Assembly: GCA_023213395.1 (NCBI GenBank) | Contig: CM041465.1 | Span: 236,909,741 to 236,973,740, forward strand | From: Cycas panzhihuaensis | Taxonomy: Eukaryota; Plantae; Cycadophyta | Direction of reading: 5' to 3' | DNA: 64,000 nt | Shown here: positions 27,791-40,661 of the stretch, in pieces | Layout: every line of letters starts with the position of its first letter | Numbering within the stretch: position 1 is the first letter of the stretch | Made by a program: the position numbers and the translations under genes | Notes under the pieces: model-generated | The model's database searches: none | Seen by the model: the letters and a program-made list of their open reading frames with translations, nothing else | What the model was told of the DNA's origin: nothing

Positions 27791-29137
27791 TTACATCTCA
27801 ACCAAGGAACCTAGAAAGTAGAAGAATTAAACTAAGAGGAGGGTTTTAAAGTGATGTAACACCCTAATAACACCTTATATGGAAGGAAGGGGATAACATA
27901 AGGAAAATAAAAGAACCTTAAGGTGTCCCTACTTGCAAGTTCCCTAGTATGGTTTTCGGTGGAATGTGCCTAATAAAGGTAACAAGAGATAACCATGCAC
28001 TTATGGGTTATAGGTCTAGGTGCAGGGGCCTAAAGAGATGTGGTGAATCTCTTATTTATCTACAAAAGGCATCCGTGTACCACTTGGGCATAGATTTTAT
28101 ACTTTCATGGAACATGTTCCCTACTTCACATGTAAGCTTTTGAGTTTTATGGTAAGTAAGCCTTTGAAATATAGGTGGCTTAGCTTCCCTAGGTTAATGG
28201 GTTACTTGAGCAAGACTTCTCCTATCCTCTTATGATAGATAGTCAAGGAGATCTTCTCATAGGGAGAGGGTATGGTAGAGAGGATAGACGAAGAGAGTAG
28301 ACAGGTTTGGATTATTCTCTCACCTTATTTTGAGTTAGGAGGTGGTTGTGTATATTACTGGAAGTTCCTTCTTAATAGGGGTTATTTATATACCTAATAC
28401 AAAAGAAAAGGAAGCAACCAAGTAATGTAAAAAGCAAGGTGCAAAAATATCAAACCTCACTCTCTTTACCCTCTCATTTATTCTTTTCCTTTTTGCAATC
28501 TTTTCTTAATTCAAAGAAAACTAAGAAGAAATGGAGGACAAAGGGGGATTTAAGGCACAAGGAAACTATACAATCCTCTCTCTCCTTCTTCCTCTATTCT
28601 CTCTTTTCTCTCTTCCACTTTACTTTCTTTAGAAAAAAAAAGGGGGGGTAGTGAATGCATACAATAAAAAAAGAGAAGTAAGGAGGATAAAGAAATGATG
28701 ATAAACTATTCCCATTTCTTTGTTTATTTTTTTCCTTTTTCTAGTCACCTTTTTGTATTGGATTTTGTTCCTTTTTAATTCTTTCTTTCTACATCTCCTC
28801 TACACTTTCCCTTCCCTTTCTTTATTTTCCTTCTTTTCCTCTAGAGTTAGTAGTAAGAAATTATGAAACTGAAGAAAAATGAAATGGAAGAAACCTATAT
28901 AAGGAAGAAGGGGAATAAAAAAAAGAAATATGGAGAATGTACTCACAACAGAGGTGATCGATAAGAATTATTTTTCCTTGACTTCACCTTGAAACTGCCC
29001 TTTAGTTGTGGTGTTGTGAAGTGAGAGGCTCCACTTACCAATCCCAAATTAGACTAGCAACAAAACATAAATAATGGAAATGTAAAAGCCAAGAAATGAG
29101 TGAAATGCAAAGAGTGCTCACCTTAGAAGATGTAATC

Positions 29138-29794
29138 TATTGAGAAGACAAGGTCCTAATAACCTAAAACTGCCACAAAGATCTAAACTATTTTGTAACT
29201 AGTTATAGGAATCAGAACTAAAATTTAACATGTAAGTTCTTAAACTAGAGATAATATAATAAAATGAATTAGAAAGCCAAAGCATCACATATACACCCAA
29301 TATAATGTGGTAAAACCCTAGCAGTGTGCTAGGGAAACATCCACACAAGAAAGATATCGATCTTTATTATCAAAGAATAGAGAAATGTACATAATCTATA
29401 GCAAAATTCTCAATAATAATAACCAGCAACTCAACTCTTCATAGTACATCCAATACATCAAACGCCATCAACATAATGAAAATGCACCCTAAATCAGGCT
29501 ATATGAGAGAGTCATATAAGGCACAAATCTTGACCATAGAATCTAGGGTATTTTGAGTGAACGACCTTGATTCTGTTTATAATTTAGTATGTTTTTCAGT
29601 GCTAGCTCTTTAAGTTAGGGGTTATCACCCTTGAACCCCATCTTTGCTGGGGGCGTTTTGGCACCCACTGCACCCCCCAGCTAAGGGGGGATCATGCCCC
29701 CCTTAGAATTCCCTAAGGAAATTTAGGGGGAAAACTATGCTGCCAACTTGACAAAATTTTAGCCTCCAAAATATTGTTGTTATATTATCTAACA
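29138..29794 (-). repeat. 3' LTR of Copia C
   Basis: TGTTAGATAAT...CTCAATA on minus strand, preceded by CAAGGTGGAGAA PPT. Confidence 0.9.
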
Positions 29795-29842
29795 TTCTCC
29801 ACCTTGATAACAATTTACCTAATGCCTTTCCTAGACCATTCA

Positions 29843-32800
29843 TCACCTTTTCTATATGACAAGAGATGTAAAATACCATTTAAAATTCTCTAATAGTATT
29901 AGTTTTGTGAACATATCATCATAATTCTATTGCATGTTAACCTTCTTAAGTTCCACTCCACCTGCTTCCACAACCTGTCTAACAAAATGGTACTTAAGAG
30001 TAATATGCTTTATCCTACTATGATAAGTTGGATTCATTCCTAAGTAAATAGTACTTTGACTGTCACAAAATACCTTTACCTTTTCCTATTTCCTTCCAAT
30101 CTCAACCAATAGACCCTATAACCAGATTGCTTCTTTACAAGCATGTGCTGCAGTAATATATTCAACTTCTATTGTCAATAATGTAATTGTACTCTGCAAT
30201 TTTGACATCTAACTAACTGGACCATTTGCAAGAGTAAATACATAACCTGAAGTAGACCTTCTCTTATATAAATCTCCTGTAAAGTCTGAATCAACATATC
30301 CACAAACCTAATTACCTATATCTCTAAAGGTGATGTAATAGTCACTTGTGCCTCTCAAATACTGAAGCATCCATTTCACTACTGCCTAATATTCCTTTCC
30401 TAGATTTGCCATAAACCTACTAACTACATAGATTGCATGTGAAATATCAGGTCTTGTATATACCATGGCATACATTAAACTTCCTACTTCACTGACATAA
30501 GGTACCTTTTCTTCTTTATTACTAGGACACATACTCCAAGAAAGCTTAAAATAGGAAGCCAACATGATACTCACTAGTTTCATATTTTCTATACCAAACC
30601 TGGTTAGCACCTTCGCCACATATTTCTACTGTGATAACCATAACTTACCATTTTTCTTGTCTCTATGTATCTCCATACCTAATATTTAGTTTGTAGCTCC
30701 TAGATCCTTCATATCAAAAGTCCTAACCAATTGAGCCTTTAACTTATTGATTTCTACCATGCTCTTACTTGTAAACAGCATGTCATCAACATATAATAGT
30801 AAGATAATGAATAAGCCATTGTCTAAGAATTTAAAGTAAACATAATAATCATACTCACTTCTTTTAAAAATTTGGCTCTCTATGAAGGCATTAAACTTCT
30901 TGTACCATTGCCTGGGTGATTGCTTTAGGCCATACAATAATTTCCTATGCATGCAAACAAGTCTTTTCCTGCCATCCTATACAAACCCTTCTTGCTAATC
31001 TATATAGACCTCCTCATCTAAATATCCATGTAGAAAAGCTATTTTCACATCTCACTACTCCAACTCCAAATCAAGAGAAGCTACTAATGCTAACAGAACT
31101 CAAATTGAAACAAGTTTAATAATTGATGAAAAGATCTCATGAAAGTCAATACCTACTTTATGTGCAAAGTCTTTAGCCACTAGTCTTTCCTTATATTTAT
31201 CAACCTTTCTATCAACATCTATTTTCTTCTTGAAACCCTACCTGCAACCAATAGTCTTTCTTCCCTATGGAAGTTTTACCAAGTCCTATGAATTATTTTT
31301 CTTCAAAGCATCTATCTCTTCTTGCATAGCCCTCTTCTACTTCTCACTATGGATATAATCTAATGCTTCCTAATAGCATGTAGGCTCACCGGCATTAGAA
31401 ACCAAAGCAATAAAAATAGAAGGGTTATACCTATTAGGTGGATGACTAACTCGTATAGATCTTCTAATAGTTGGTGGAGGAGTGTCCACATACTCTTATA
31501 AGTTTATTGTAGATTCATCTTCAGAAAGATCTTCCTTCTGTTCTATTTCTAAAGATGGCTAGGTCTCAAGCTTAACCTATTGATGTTCAACTTTCTGCTC
31601 TTGTTTCACTTTAACTTCTATACTATCTAATTTTAGAAAAGAAGATTAATTAAATATAACATTTTTATTAATAGTGATTTTGTGGGCAGTAGGATCCTTC
31701 AACCTATATCTCTTCACACCATCTCTATCACCATAACCAATAAAGATACATCTCTTGGATTTTGGGTCTAACTTTGAATGCTAACTTTTATTAGTCAAGG
31801 CATAAGTATTACAACAAAAAATTTTCAAATTTAAATAATCACATGGATGTCTAGTCCATATCTCTTTAGGAATCTTGCAGTCTATAACAAGTGATGGTGA
31901 CATGTTTACAAAATAACAAGTTGTTTGAATAACTTTTATCCATAAGCCCTACTCCACTACTGCATTACTTAGCATGCTTCTTGCTCTTTCTAAGAGTGTC
32001 TTATTCATGCACTCAGCTATGCTATTCTACTGCAGAGTATAGCTAGTGGTCTTATGCCTTTTGATCTCAGCTTCTCTCTAATAGTTCTCAAACTCCAAGG
32101 AGTTGAAATCACCTCCATTGTCAATTCTTAAACATTTGATTGACTTGCCAGTGCTCTTCTTAAGTAGAGCCTTGAATTGCTTAAATACACTGAAAACTTT
32201 ATATTTCCTTTTCAAAAAATAGACCCATAACTTTTTGGAGTAATCATCTATAAATATGATAAAGTATAATGATCCTCTTACGATATTATAGGGGTTAGTC
32301 CCCATACATTTGAATGTATGTAATCCAAAACACCTTTACTAGTGTGACTCTGTACTTTAAATATAAGTCTACAGTACTTTCTAAAAATATAATGTTTACA
32401 AAAAGCCAAACTTGAAAGTTGTAAGTTAGGAAGTAACTTACGGTTCATCGGCATATTAAGTCCTCTCTCACTCATGTGCACAAGTCTTTGATGACATAAC
32501 TGAGCTAGATCTTCTATAGTCTTTGATATTGTAACTACATGGCTGACATCTATACTTCCCACTAAAATATAAAGGTTTTTTTTCTTTAAGGCTTTCATAA
32601 CCACCAAGGCACCCTTTGACACCTTTAAGACTCCTTCATGACCTGTGTACTTATAACCACTAGAATCTAGTTCACCCAAGGAAATTAGATTCCTTTTTAG
32701 ATTAGGTACATGTCTAACTTCAGTTAATATTCTCACTATACTATCAAACATTTTAATTATGATTCTACTAATGGCCACTTTCTTACAAGAAACTTCATTT

Positions 32801-33346
32801 CCCATAAGCACATCACCACCATCAAGAGGTTGATATGATGAAAACTAACTCTTATGTGGACATATATGGTATGAAGCACTTGAATCCAATAACCAATCAT
32901 GATGATAGTAGGAAACATTACAAGCAACTAAGACATCATCATTTGTACCTTGATTTGACTCCACCTAATTAGCATCCTTGGTAGGATCTTCCTTTTTTTG
33001 GAGCTCATTCCTTTTGTAGAAATCCTTCTTGAGGTGACCTGTCTTATTACAGTGCTAATATTTGAGCTTACTTTTCTTGACTTTTGACTTTGACCTTGAC
33101 GTGTCCCTAGAGTTTGTCCTCTCTCAACTGTTCTACCCCTTACTATCATAGCTTCTGATATGGAGGTTTCAAGACTAGACTTCCTCCTTACTTCTTCCAT
33201 CACCAAATCACTCACAATAGAATCATAGTCTAACCCATCTGTAGTGCTAAAACTAATTGAGATGACAATATTATCCCTAGATTCTAGTAATAAGCATAAT
33301 AAGATAATAGCCTTGTCCTCATCCTCAAATATGACATCGATACTAA
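29843..33346 (-). pseudogene. Copia C gag(3' part)-pol, disrupted
   Basis: IDVIFEDEDKAIILL (gag), WLLDSSASYHI (PR), VRHVPNLKRNLISLG, IDDYSKKLWVY (INT), LYVDDML (RT). Confidence 0.92.
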
Positions 33347-35159
33347 GAGAAAGAAGATTGGTATCATCTTGGGTGGACCTAAACTAAATATCTCTCAATT
33401 GGTGGGGTATTCTCTTTGTTTCAATTAGGACTAAGAGATATGGAGTTCAAGAAAACCTAAGTAACCACCTTTTCCCAACTCCTAAGGAGGAGTCTTCACT
33501 TAGTTATTCCATCAAGTAAGGTATGAATGTGAAATGTGATGAAAGGCTTGGATATATGGGGGTGGTAGAATCCACTAACCTACACAAGTGGGTGTAGGAA
33601 TTCTAAATATAGAGTTACTCCAACAATATCTTCTATGTCCTTCCTATGGACTCCTATCCTTTAATCCTTTTAACTTTTTGAGTTTTAGTTAGATAAAGGG
33701 GAGTGTTAAGTAAATAGAAATTATTTTCTTCTTTTTTTTCCTTGTTTTGTTTGTTTTTCTTTTTGTGAATAAAATGAAATACAATAAACCTAGGTGATCT
33801 ATAAAGCAATAAGTCCTATTCTACTTTTAACAAATAAGCAAAAGAGACTAGAACTATATGCATGCAATATATTTTTGTCTTTTTTACTTTAGAGATGAAG
33901 CACACTAAATGTAAATATGAAACTATCCTTTAGAATGCAATATGCACACTTCACTATAAAATGAAAAGGCACTAACAAGAGATGCAACACATTATATAAT
34001 TACTCTATGCAAGCTTTCAAAGAATTTGACAACATACAATGCTAGTTAAAAGATTTTATTTCATACACATGCAATCTTTTCTTTTAATAAATGTCCTATG
34101 ATGAAAAAAGAGAGATTTTAAAGATGTGTTACTATTGTTTAAAATGAGTTTTTAGACCTTTTAAAGTTACATACAAATCACAAAACATTAATTACAATCA
34201 CTCATATAAGATACTAGCTATAGAACTTTAAGATTCTATCTTAACTGGAGCTAGAAAGACTCCAAAAGGATCCTTGAATATCTAATAGTCTAAAAGATCA
34301 AGTGTACTTTCTATCCAACACTTCAAATTCTCTTTTCAAAGAAAAGAAAGCAATCTTAAAATTGAAATTAAGCAAATAATGAAACTATAAAACTAAGACT
34401 TCTTTTCTAGTGTAAAAATCTACCTCATAATGGCTCTTTTCTTTCAATTGATTAATTCTTTCTAACTTTTTTCTTTAAAATAAGTAAAGGAAGAAAAACA
34501 GTAAGAAATAAGAGCTAAATAATAGTCAAACAAAGCCAAAAGAGATGATAAATTGCCTAAAACATAAATTAATATGGAAGAATAGGAAGGGGTAGCTATT
34601 TAAATGGTGGAGAGATGACCATGCCCCACCTTAGTTTATCCCTTGTGAACCTCATAAAGGGCTAGCATTTTAGCTTATATTCTAAGTCAAAAAAGTATAT
34701 AACAATACCACAATAACCAACCAAAAGAAAGAGTAAGTTCTGAGTAAGAAAACAACCTTTAATAGACAGTAAAATAATAAGAGATCACATAGGAAAGGTC
34801 TTACCAGTTTAGAAGAACTTTAAGGTTGAAAACTTTGAGAAAAAACTATAAGAGTTGAAGATCAAACCATCAATATTTGAACACTAGTGAGACAACAAGT
34901 CATAGAATCAAATTCTTTTCTTGATTTTACCCATAAGAATTACCAAAATCAATCTTGAAGTCACAACAATAGCAGTCCTAAAAACTTCTCCAAAAATCAC
35001 TAAAAATCTATATAAAACTTGAACAAATCACACTCTTACTCTTAAGCACGAATGAAAAAATCCTACTCATCATTCTTGGGTGTTGAAAGGATAAGATTCT
35101 ATCAAATCTAGGCAATGACATACAAAAATCTGGTGATTTAGCTAAGTTTACCATGTATC
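33347..35159. repeat. Foreign AT-rich repeat X inside Copia C
   Basis: Collinear direct similarity to about 58115-59878 (e.g. GAATCCACTA(A/G)CCTACACAA, TAGATGAAG-CACTAAA, GGATCCTTGAA, CAAATCTAGG). Confidence 0.82.
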
Positions 35160-35799
35160 TATTGAGAAGACAAGGTCCTAATAACCTAAAACCGCCACCA
35201 AGATCTAAACTGTTTTGCAACTAGTTATAAGATTCAAAATAGAAATTTAACATGCAAGTTTTTAAACTAGAGATAATACAATAAAATTAATTAGAAAGCT
35301 AAAGCATCACATATACATCTAATATAATGTGGTAAAACCCTAGTAGTATGCTAGGGAAATATCAACATAGGAAAGATATGAATCTTTATTATCAAAGAAT
35401 AGAAAAATGTACATAATCTATAGTAGAATGCTCACAACAACAACAACCAACCACCCAACTCTTCATAGTATATCCAATATATCGAACACCATAAACATAA
35501 TGAAAAAACACCCTAAGTCGGGCTATATGAGAGAGTCATACAAGGCATAAATGTCGACTATAGAATCTAGGGTATTTTTAGTGAATGACCTCAACTCTCT
35601 TTACAATTTAGTATGTTTTTCAGTGCTAGATTTTTGGGTTAGGGGCTATCACCACCAAACCCCCTCTTTGTTGGAGGGGTTATAGTACTTTGACCAAGGG
35701 GCTTCACTTGGAACCCCTTGAGGAAGTTTAGGGGGGAAACTATACTGCCAAACTGAAAAACTTTTAGCCTCTAAAACATTGTTGTCACATTATCTAACA
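35160..35799 (-). repeat. 5' LTR of Copia C
   Basis: Direct repeat of 29138-29794, roughly 10% diverged with a small indel in the GC-rich core. Confidence 0.9.
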
Positions 35800-36865
35800 T
35801 AATCTACCTTTATATCTTTTGGAACACCTTAGGAAACTTAACCTCCACCTTGCATGCAAGTTAGAAAGTTACCTAAAACAAATAATATTTACAATACAAT
35901 CCATAATATTATCTTCTATACACTAGCAACAGAATGTATGCATGATATACAAGCATAAACATTCACCATAAAGAGATAAAGTATGAGAAAAAGTATGAAA
36001 TATAGAAAATGGGGATGGCAGGGGCCTTAGGATGGCACTTGCCTCCCTAATATAAGGGGTTTCCTTGGTTGGGCTAAGAAAAAACTTCTAAAATCCTTAT
36101 AAAGTTGGCAAATAATCAAGGAAAGAGAGGTGAAAATATAGTGACAAGTTCTTGACACTATCATTTAAGAAGTAAATGGGAGAATCAAAGTAATTACTAG
36201 TGTAAAACCATTTGAACACAAGCCAACATGGCCAAAAATGGAGAAGTAAAGGGTGTGTATAAGGAAAGATCCAATACTATGCATAAAGGAGAGGGATTAC
36301 CCAAGAGTGAGAGGGATATGTTATAGACTAACTTGGGCCTACCACAATCCACTAGGTCTGACAAGTAGGCAATAAATGCTTAATTTAAATATTGCTAGTT
36401 GTGGTTGACTATTATAATAGTCATACCATAGAGTTTTTCATGGTACTGTGAACTTGTCTATGGTACCATAAAATACTCTGCGGTGCCACTATTATTAGTA
36501 AAAAACAACATGGTATTGCAATATTTTATCAAAAATTGACCTCAAAGCTACATAGCATCACTCTTAGCTCCTATAGACTAATCCTAAGGTCACCAAATAA
36601 TAGACCACATGTAGTCAAGGCACAAAATAAAGCCAAATAAAAATCCATGTGTTGAAAATTTGAGAGACTCTAGGGCTATTGGACTGAAGTACTGATCATC
36701 ATCAGCATAAAGGAGGATACGAGCAAACTAAATAGGCATCAAACACATATTAAAACATCATTCTAATCTTAATAATATAGCTCTAAAGCTATGAGTGGAG
36801 AGAGAGATATATACCTTCACTTATGCACCATCATCTCCTGACCCATTCTTAATAGTTGGGAAACA

Positions 36866-39556
36866 TGTAGTAAGTTATGCAAGTGATAAGATATACATCG
36901 CATTCATGAGCTAACTAATTCACTTCGACAAATAGAGAAGGGGTAGAGGTGAGATATGTGGAAATTGCTACCTAACACTCTCACAAACTCAAAACATGGA
37001 AGATGGTGTGTGGAATGCCTAAAACACTTTAAAGGCCTTCCTACTAGGGAGTCCCTAGTATGGTCACCAGTGAAACACACTAAATCATTAGGGCCTTAGG
37101 ATGGATTCACTTCAAAGTGTGATGTGGGACCTATAGTATAGGATATCTATGTATGTGAATAGATCCTATGATGTTAATTTTGGACATTTGTATACTTCTT
37201 GAGTGCAATGGTAAAGGAATATATATTATCCACCTAGGAAGCTAACTTAAGGGCATGCATGCAAGGGTCTTGTATATGGAGGTGAATTTATGGTTATGTT
37301 GAGATGGATTTTTCTTTCCTTTTTTGTTTTAAACTAAAGGTAATCTAAGGGGTTAAAAGCACATAGACCTAATGCATTCTATATATGTTTTTCTTTTGCA
37401 TGCATTTAAACAACACCCTATTCTAGCTCTTTTAGTATGTTCCTTTACAAATTTGAGACTCACAACAACATAACCCTTCCTCACATCTTAGGTTTATATA
37501 TAATGTAAACAAATACTTGGTCTAACTCCTTACTTCTAAGATGTAATGTATATGTAATATGGTAAGGGGAAAATGTAATTACTCTTTCTTGTTTCCTTTT
37601 TTCTATTTAGGAAGAGAGGGGTATAAAGTATGTAAATCTTATTCCTTTTATTTTTTCTATTCTCTTCTCTTTTTCTTTTCAATTTACAAAAAGTAGAAAG
37701 GGGGAAAAGAAGATATGAAAGTAAACTATGATACCTCCTTTCCTTCCTTTTTTTTTTATTTTAGAAGAAGAAAAAATAAGAATAATAAGCAAATAAAGAA
37801 GTTCTTATGCTTTCTTTCTATTTTTTTTAACATAATGAAAGAGAGAAGTGAAATAGATTAAAGCGTATCTGATAGTTAAGAGGCCAGAGTGCTTGTATTC
37901 CCTTCTAATAAGCCATTAACACTCTCAATATAGTAGACCAAGAGATGGAGCTACTACTTACCACTTTTAAAGGAATTTTGGCACCATTTCTACTTGTTGA
38001 AACTTTTATGGTGAAAAAAAGCATAATAAAAGCTACTAAATTTGAAGAAAAGCAAAAGAAAATGGAATACCAAACTCATCTCCCTAATGACAGTCAATAT
38101 GGGAAGTTGTCATGGCTTGTTTGAGCAATGATGCATAATTAAAAATCTTGTAAACTTATATCACCTTCCTATGCACACGTTAGTACCCTATAGGAATAGT
38201 AAATCTAGAAGAAATCTAATGATATTAGTCATATACAACTCATAAAAAGCAAGTACTCCAAGCATTAAGAAGTAATTCCTAATCTATAAGTAGAAAAGTA
38301 GAATAAATTGGGCTGAGTTTCCTTCGAATAATAATTATCCCCAAATGTATAAAGGATTTCTATGCGTACTTAGGCAAACCTTGCAACTTTTAAAACAACC
38401 AACAAAGCAACAAGTAGAGGGAATAATGAGGAAATACATATCAAATGGGTGGAGGAAAAGTAATGAACCAAACCATAACAAATTAACTAGCTACTCCTAC
38501 CATTTACTCACATAAATATGGTACGGAAATGGTAACAAATACAAAAAGAAGAAGAAGAACCAATCATAATAACTAGAAATGAATTACATTTACCTTTCTT
38601 AGTAGAGTATATGGCTAATGGTAGCAACTTTTTCTCCTCTAAGGACTCTAAATTTGCTTGAGGTGTTTGAGCTTCTAATCTTCAAGTGGGTGCTAGCAAC
38701 ATGCATAAACTACTAAATTCCTATGGAGAATATGTCAATATAATGGAAGGGTCTCACTATCATAAAGGTGTCCTCCTCTCCTTTAGAAAAATGAGGGGAT
38801 TTTATAAATAAAATAAGGGTAGGGAGTTGGTGGTTTCCTATCTATAATATAGGGAAAACCATCAGCCAAAAACCATGGGTTTTCTCATGGCTTGAGGGAT
38901 TTGGCGTTAGGAAGCTCAATATCTAAAAGGATTTGGAACCTCTTGGCCCTCTAAATCTAATAAGGACTGACCTGAGATTGATGTAACTTGCCCAAGACTG
39001 ATATTTATGCGTTTATGAGTCAACTATTACTATAAAACCTAAATCTAGATTGGTACAAATTATACCACAAATATATTAACAACATTTCAAACATGTTCAT
39101 GGTATTATGAAGTACTTTATGGTACTACTATTTTAAAAGGAAATCAAAGTGGTATATAATAGACTAAGTTTTCCTTATTAATTTCTTCATGCAATTAATC
39201 TAAATTCACCAACGGTAGACTTTATAGCAAGACATAATCAACAACAATAGAAAAAAATGAAAATAAGGTTTATTGTGCAAAAACAAGATGAAAATTAATA
39301 AGGAAACATAGTTGTAAGTAAATGGGATAGTACTATTTCTAGCCTAGGAAGTCTAATGGGTGGTCCAAATGGCTAAGGACCAAGGTCTTGCTCATTAGTA
39401 AAAAATAGAAGGATGGACTGATAGACAGATAAGCGTCCAGGCATACATCAATTATATGAACTTAAATATAAACTAGTAAGGAGTAAAAAGGGATGAAGAG
39501 CATACTTATACTTGTTTGCTTGCATATCCAAATTTATTCCCAAAATCTTGGAAGTA
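36866..39556 (-). mobile_element. Tat-like element G, 5' LTR (37071-~39556), PBS and short leader; cut by F
   Basis: PBS TGGTGACCATACTAGGGA at 37052-37069; LTR terminus aligns ungapped but degenerate to the family terminus; GGTAC array at 39099-39130. Confidence 0.72.
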
Positions 39557-40661
39557 GTATCCTTAGAAGGACCATTTAACATACTAAAAACTCTCATAGT
39601 ATAGGAGGGTCAATCAAGCATGAATACTCAGATCTCCTATGTCACTATATACTTATCATATACAACTAAACTCCATAGGTTGATTGACCTATCCTATCCT
39701 AAACTCCCATTGGACCTTAAAGTGATGGACTTGATCCATAAAGATAAGGAAAGGAATGATCAAAGTGAGAGGTTTGAAGGAATTAATACCAAAGGATAGA
39801 TCCACTCATAGAAAAGTTATTAGGGACTCATCAATACTAGTAATAGCTATCACATAAATATAAGAGTGGGCCTATAGTGTTTGCATCTAATTCTAATAAA
39901 TCTTAAGCTCTATAAAATTAAAGAAGATAAAGACCACTACTCTCAATAAGAGGGATGAAGCTCACTTAATTATATATGCCCCACATGTTAATATGTGGTG
40001 AGGATATGTATCCTTCAACTACCTATTCAAAACACTGATAAAAAACTCCTCACCTAAAGGTACAAGACAATTTCTCTCATCTAGTAATAACACTTAGGTA
40101 GAAATAAGATTACCCCTATCTTTAGTGGAAAGAAGGACCTACCCTAAAATAGGCTACAAGAGTAAATAAATCTCATGCTTAATGTATCTGGCATGTAGTT
40201 ATAATTATATGAAAAGAGTAAGTAACCTAGATAAATAAGATGAAATATTACCCCATGGATTTGAGGACATGCAATAAGTATAATTCTCTTCTTTATTGGG
40301 CCTCCAAAAAAACACATGCCAAAGAAAATAGATATGCAAATATGATATACCAAATGCATCAATATGAGAAAGGTTCCTTTTAATCCCTTTCCATTTTATT
40401 TTTTTCCCTTTCTCTTTTCTCTTTTTAAGTAAAATCCTAAGGAAAATCATGAAGAAGATCAAGCAAGAATACTCAAGAATACAAGCAAACTTCCTTTTCC
40501 TAATGATCTTTTTTTTAACTCAAAACTACAAATCAAAATGATGATCTACGATTTCTTTCTATTTATAAATGAAACTACAAAAGTAGGGCTCACAAAAAGC
40601 ACATGGTGGGATGTACCAAATTACTAATTATACTCATTTTTAAAGCTAATTTATAGCTCAT

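Larger units (their letters stand above)
29138..35799 (-). mobile_element. Ty1/Copia element C (same family as A) with replaced PBS/5' gag
   Basis: LTRs 29138-29794 and 35160-35799, TSD TAATC (29133-29137 / 35800-35804), PPT next to 29794, pol on minus strand. Confidence 0.92.
25844..36865 (-). mobile_element. Tat-like element F, 5' part (LTR, PBS, gag); LTR split by Copia C, gag cut by E
   Basis: gag 25844-27790 homologous to E gag; PBS 27941-27958; LTR 27960-29137 + 35800-36865 ending CCATTCTTAATAGTTGGGAAACA. Confidence 0.82.

Noticed and set aside
35141-35153. TGGTAAACTTAGC on minus strand as PBS of Copia C
   Set aside because: Starts 6 nt from the TSD-defined LTR end, does not match iMet beyond TGGTA, and lies within sequence alignable to repeat X
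35160-35799. Independent solo LTR
   Set aside because: Its own flanks (GTATC/TAATC) do not match, whereas TAATC matches the far side of the 29138 LTR and the F LTR is contiguous across the whole element
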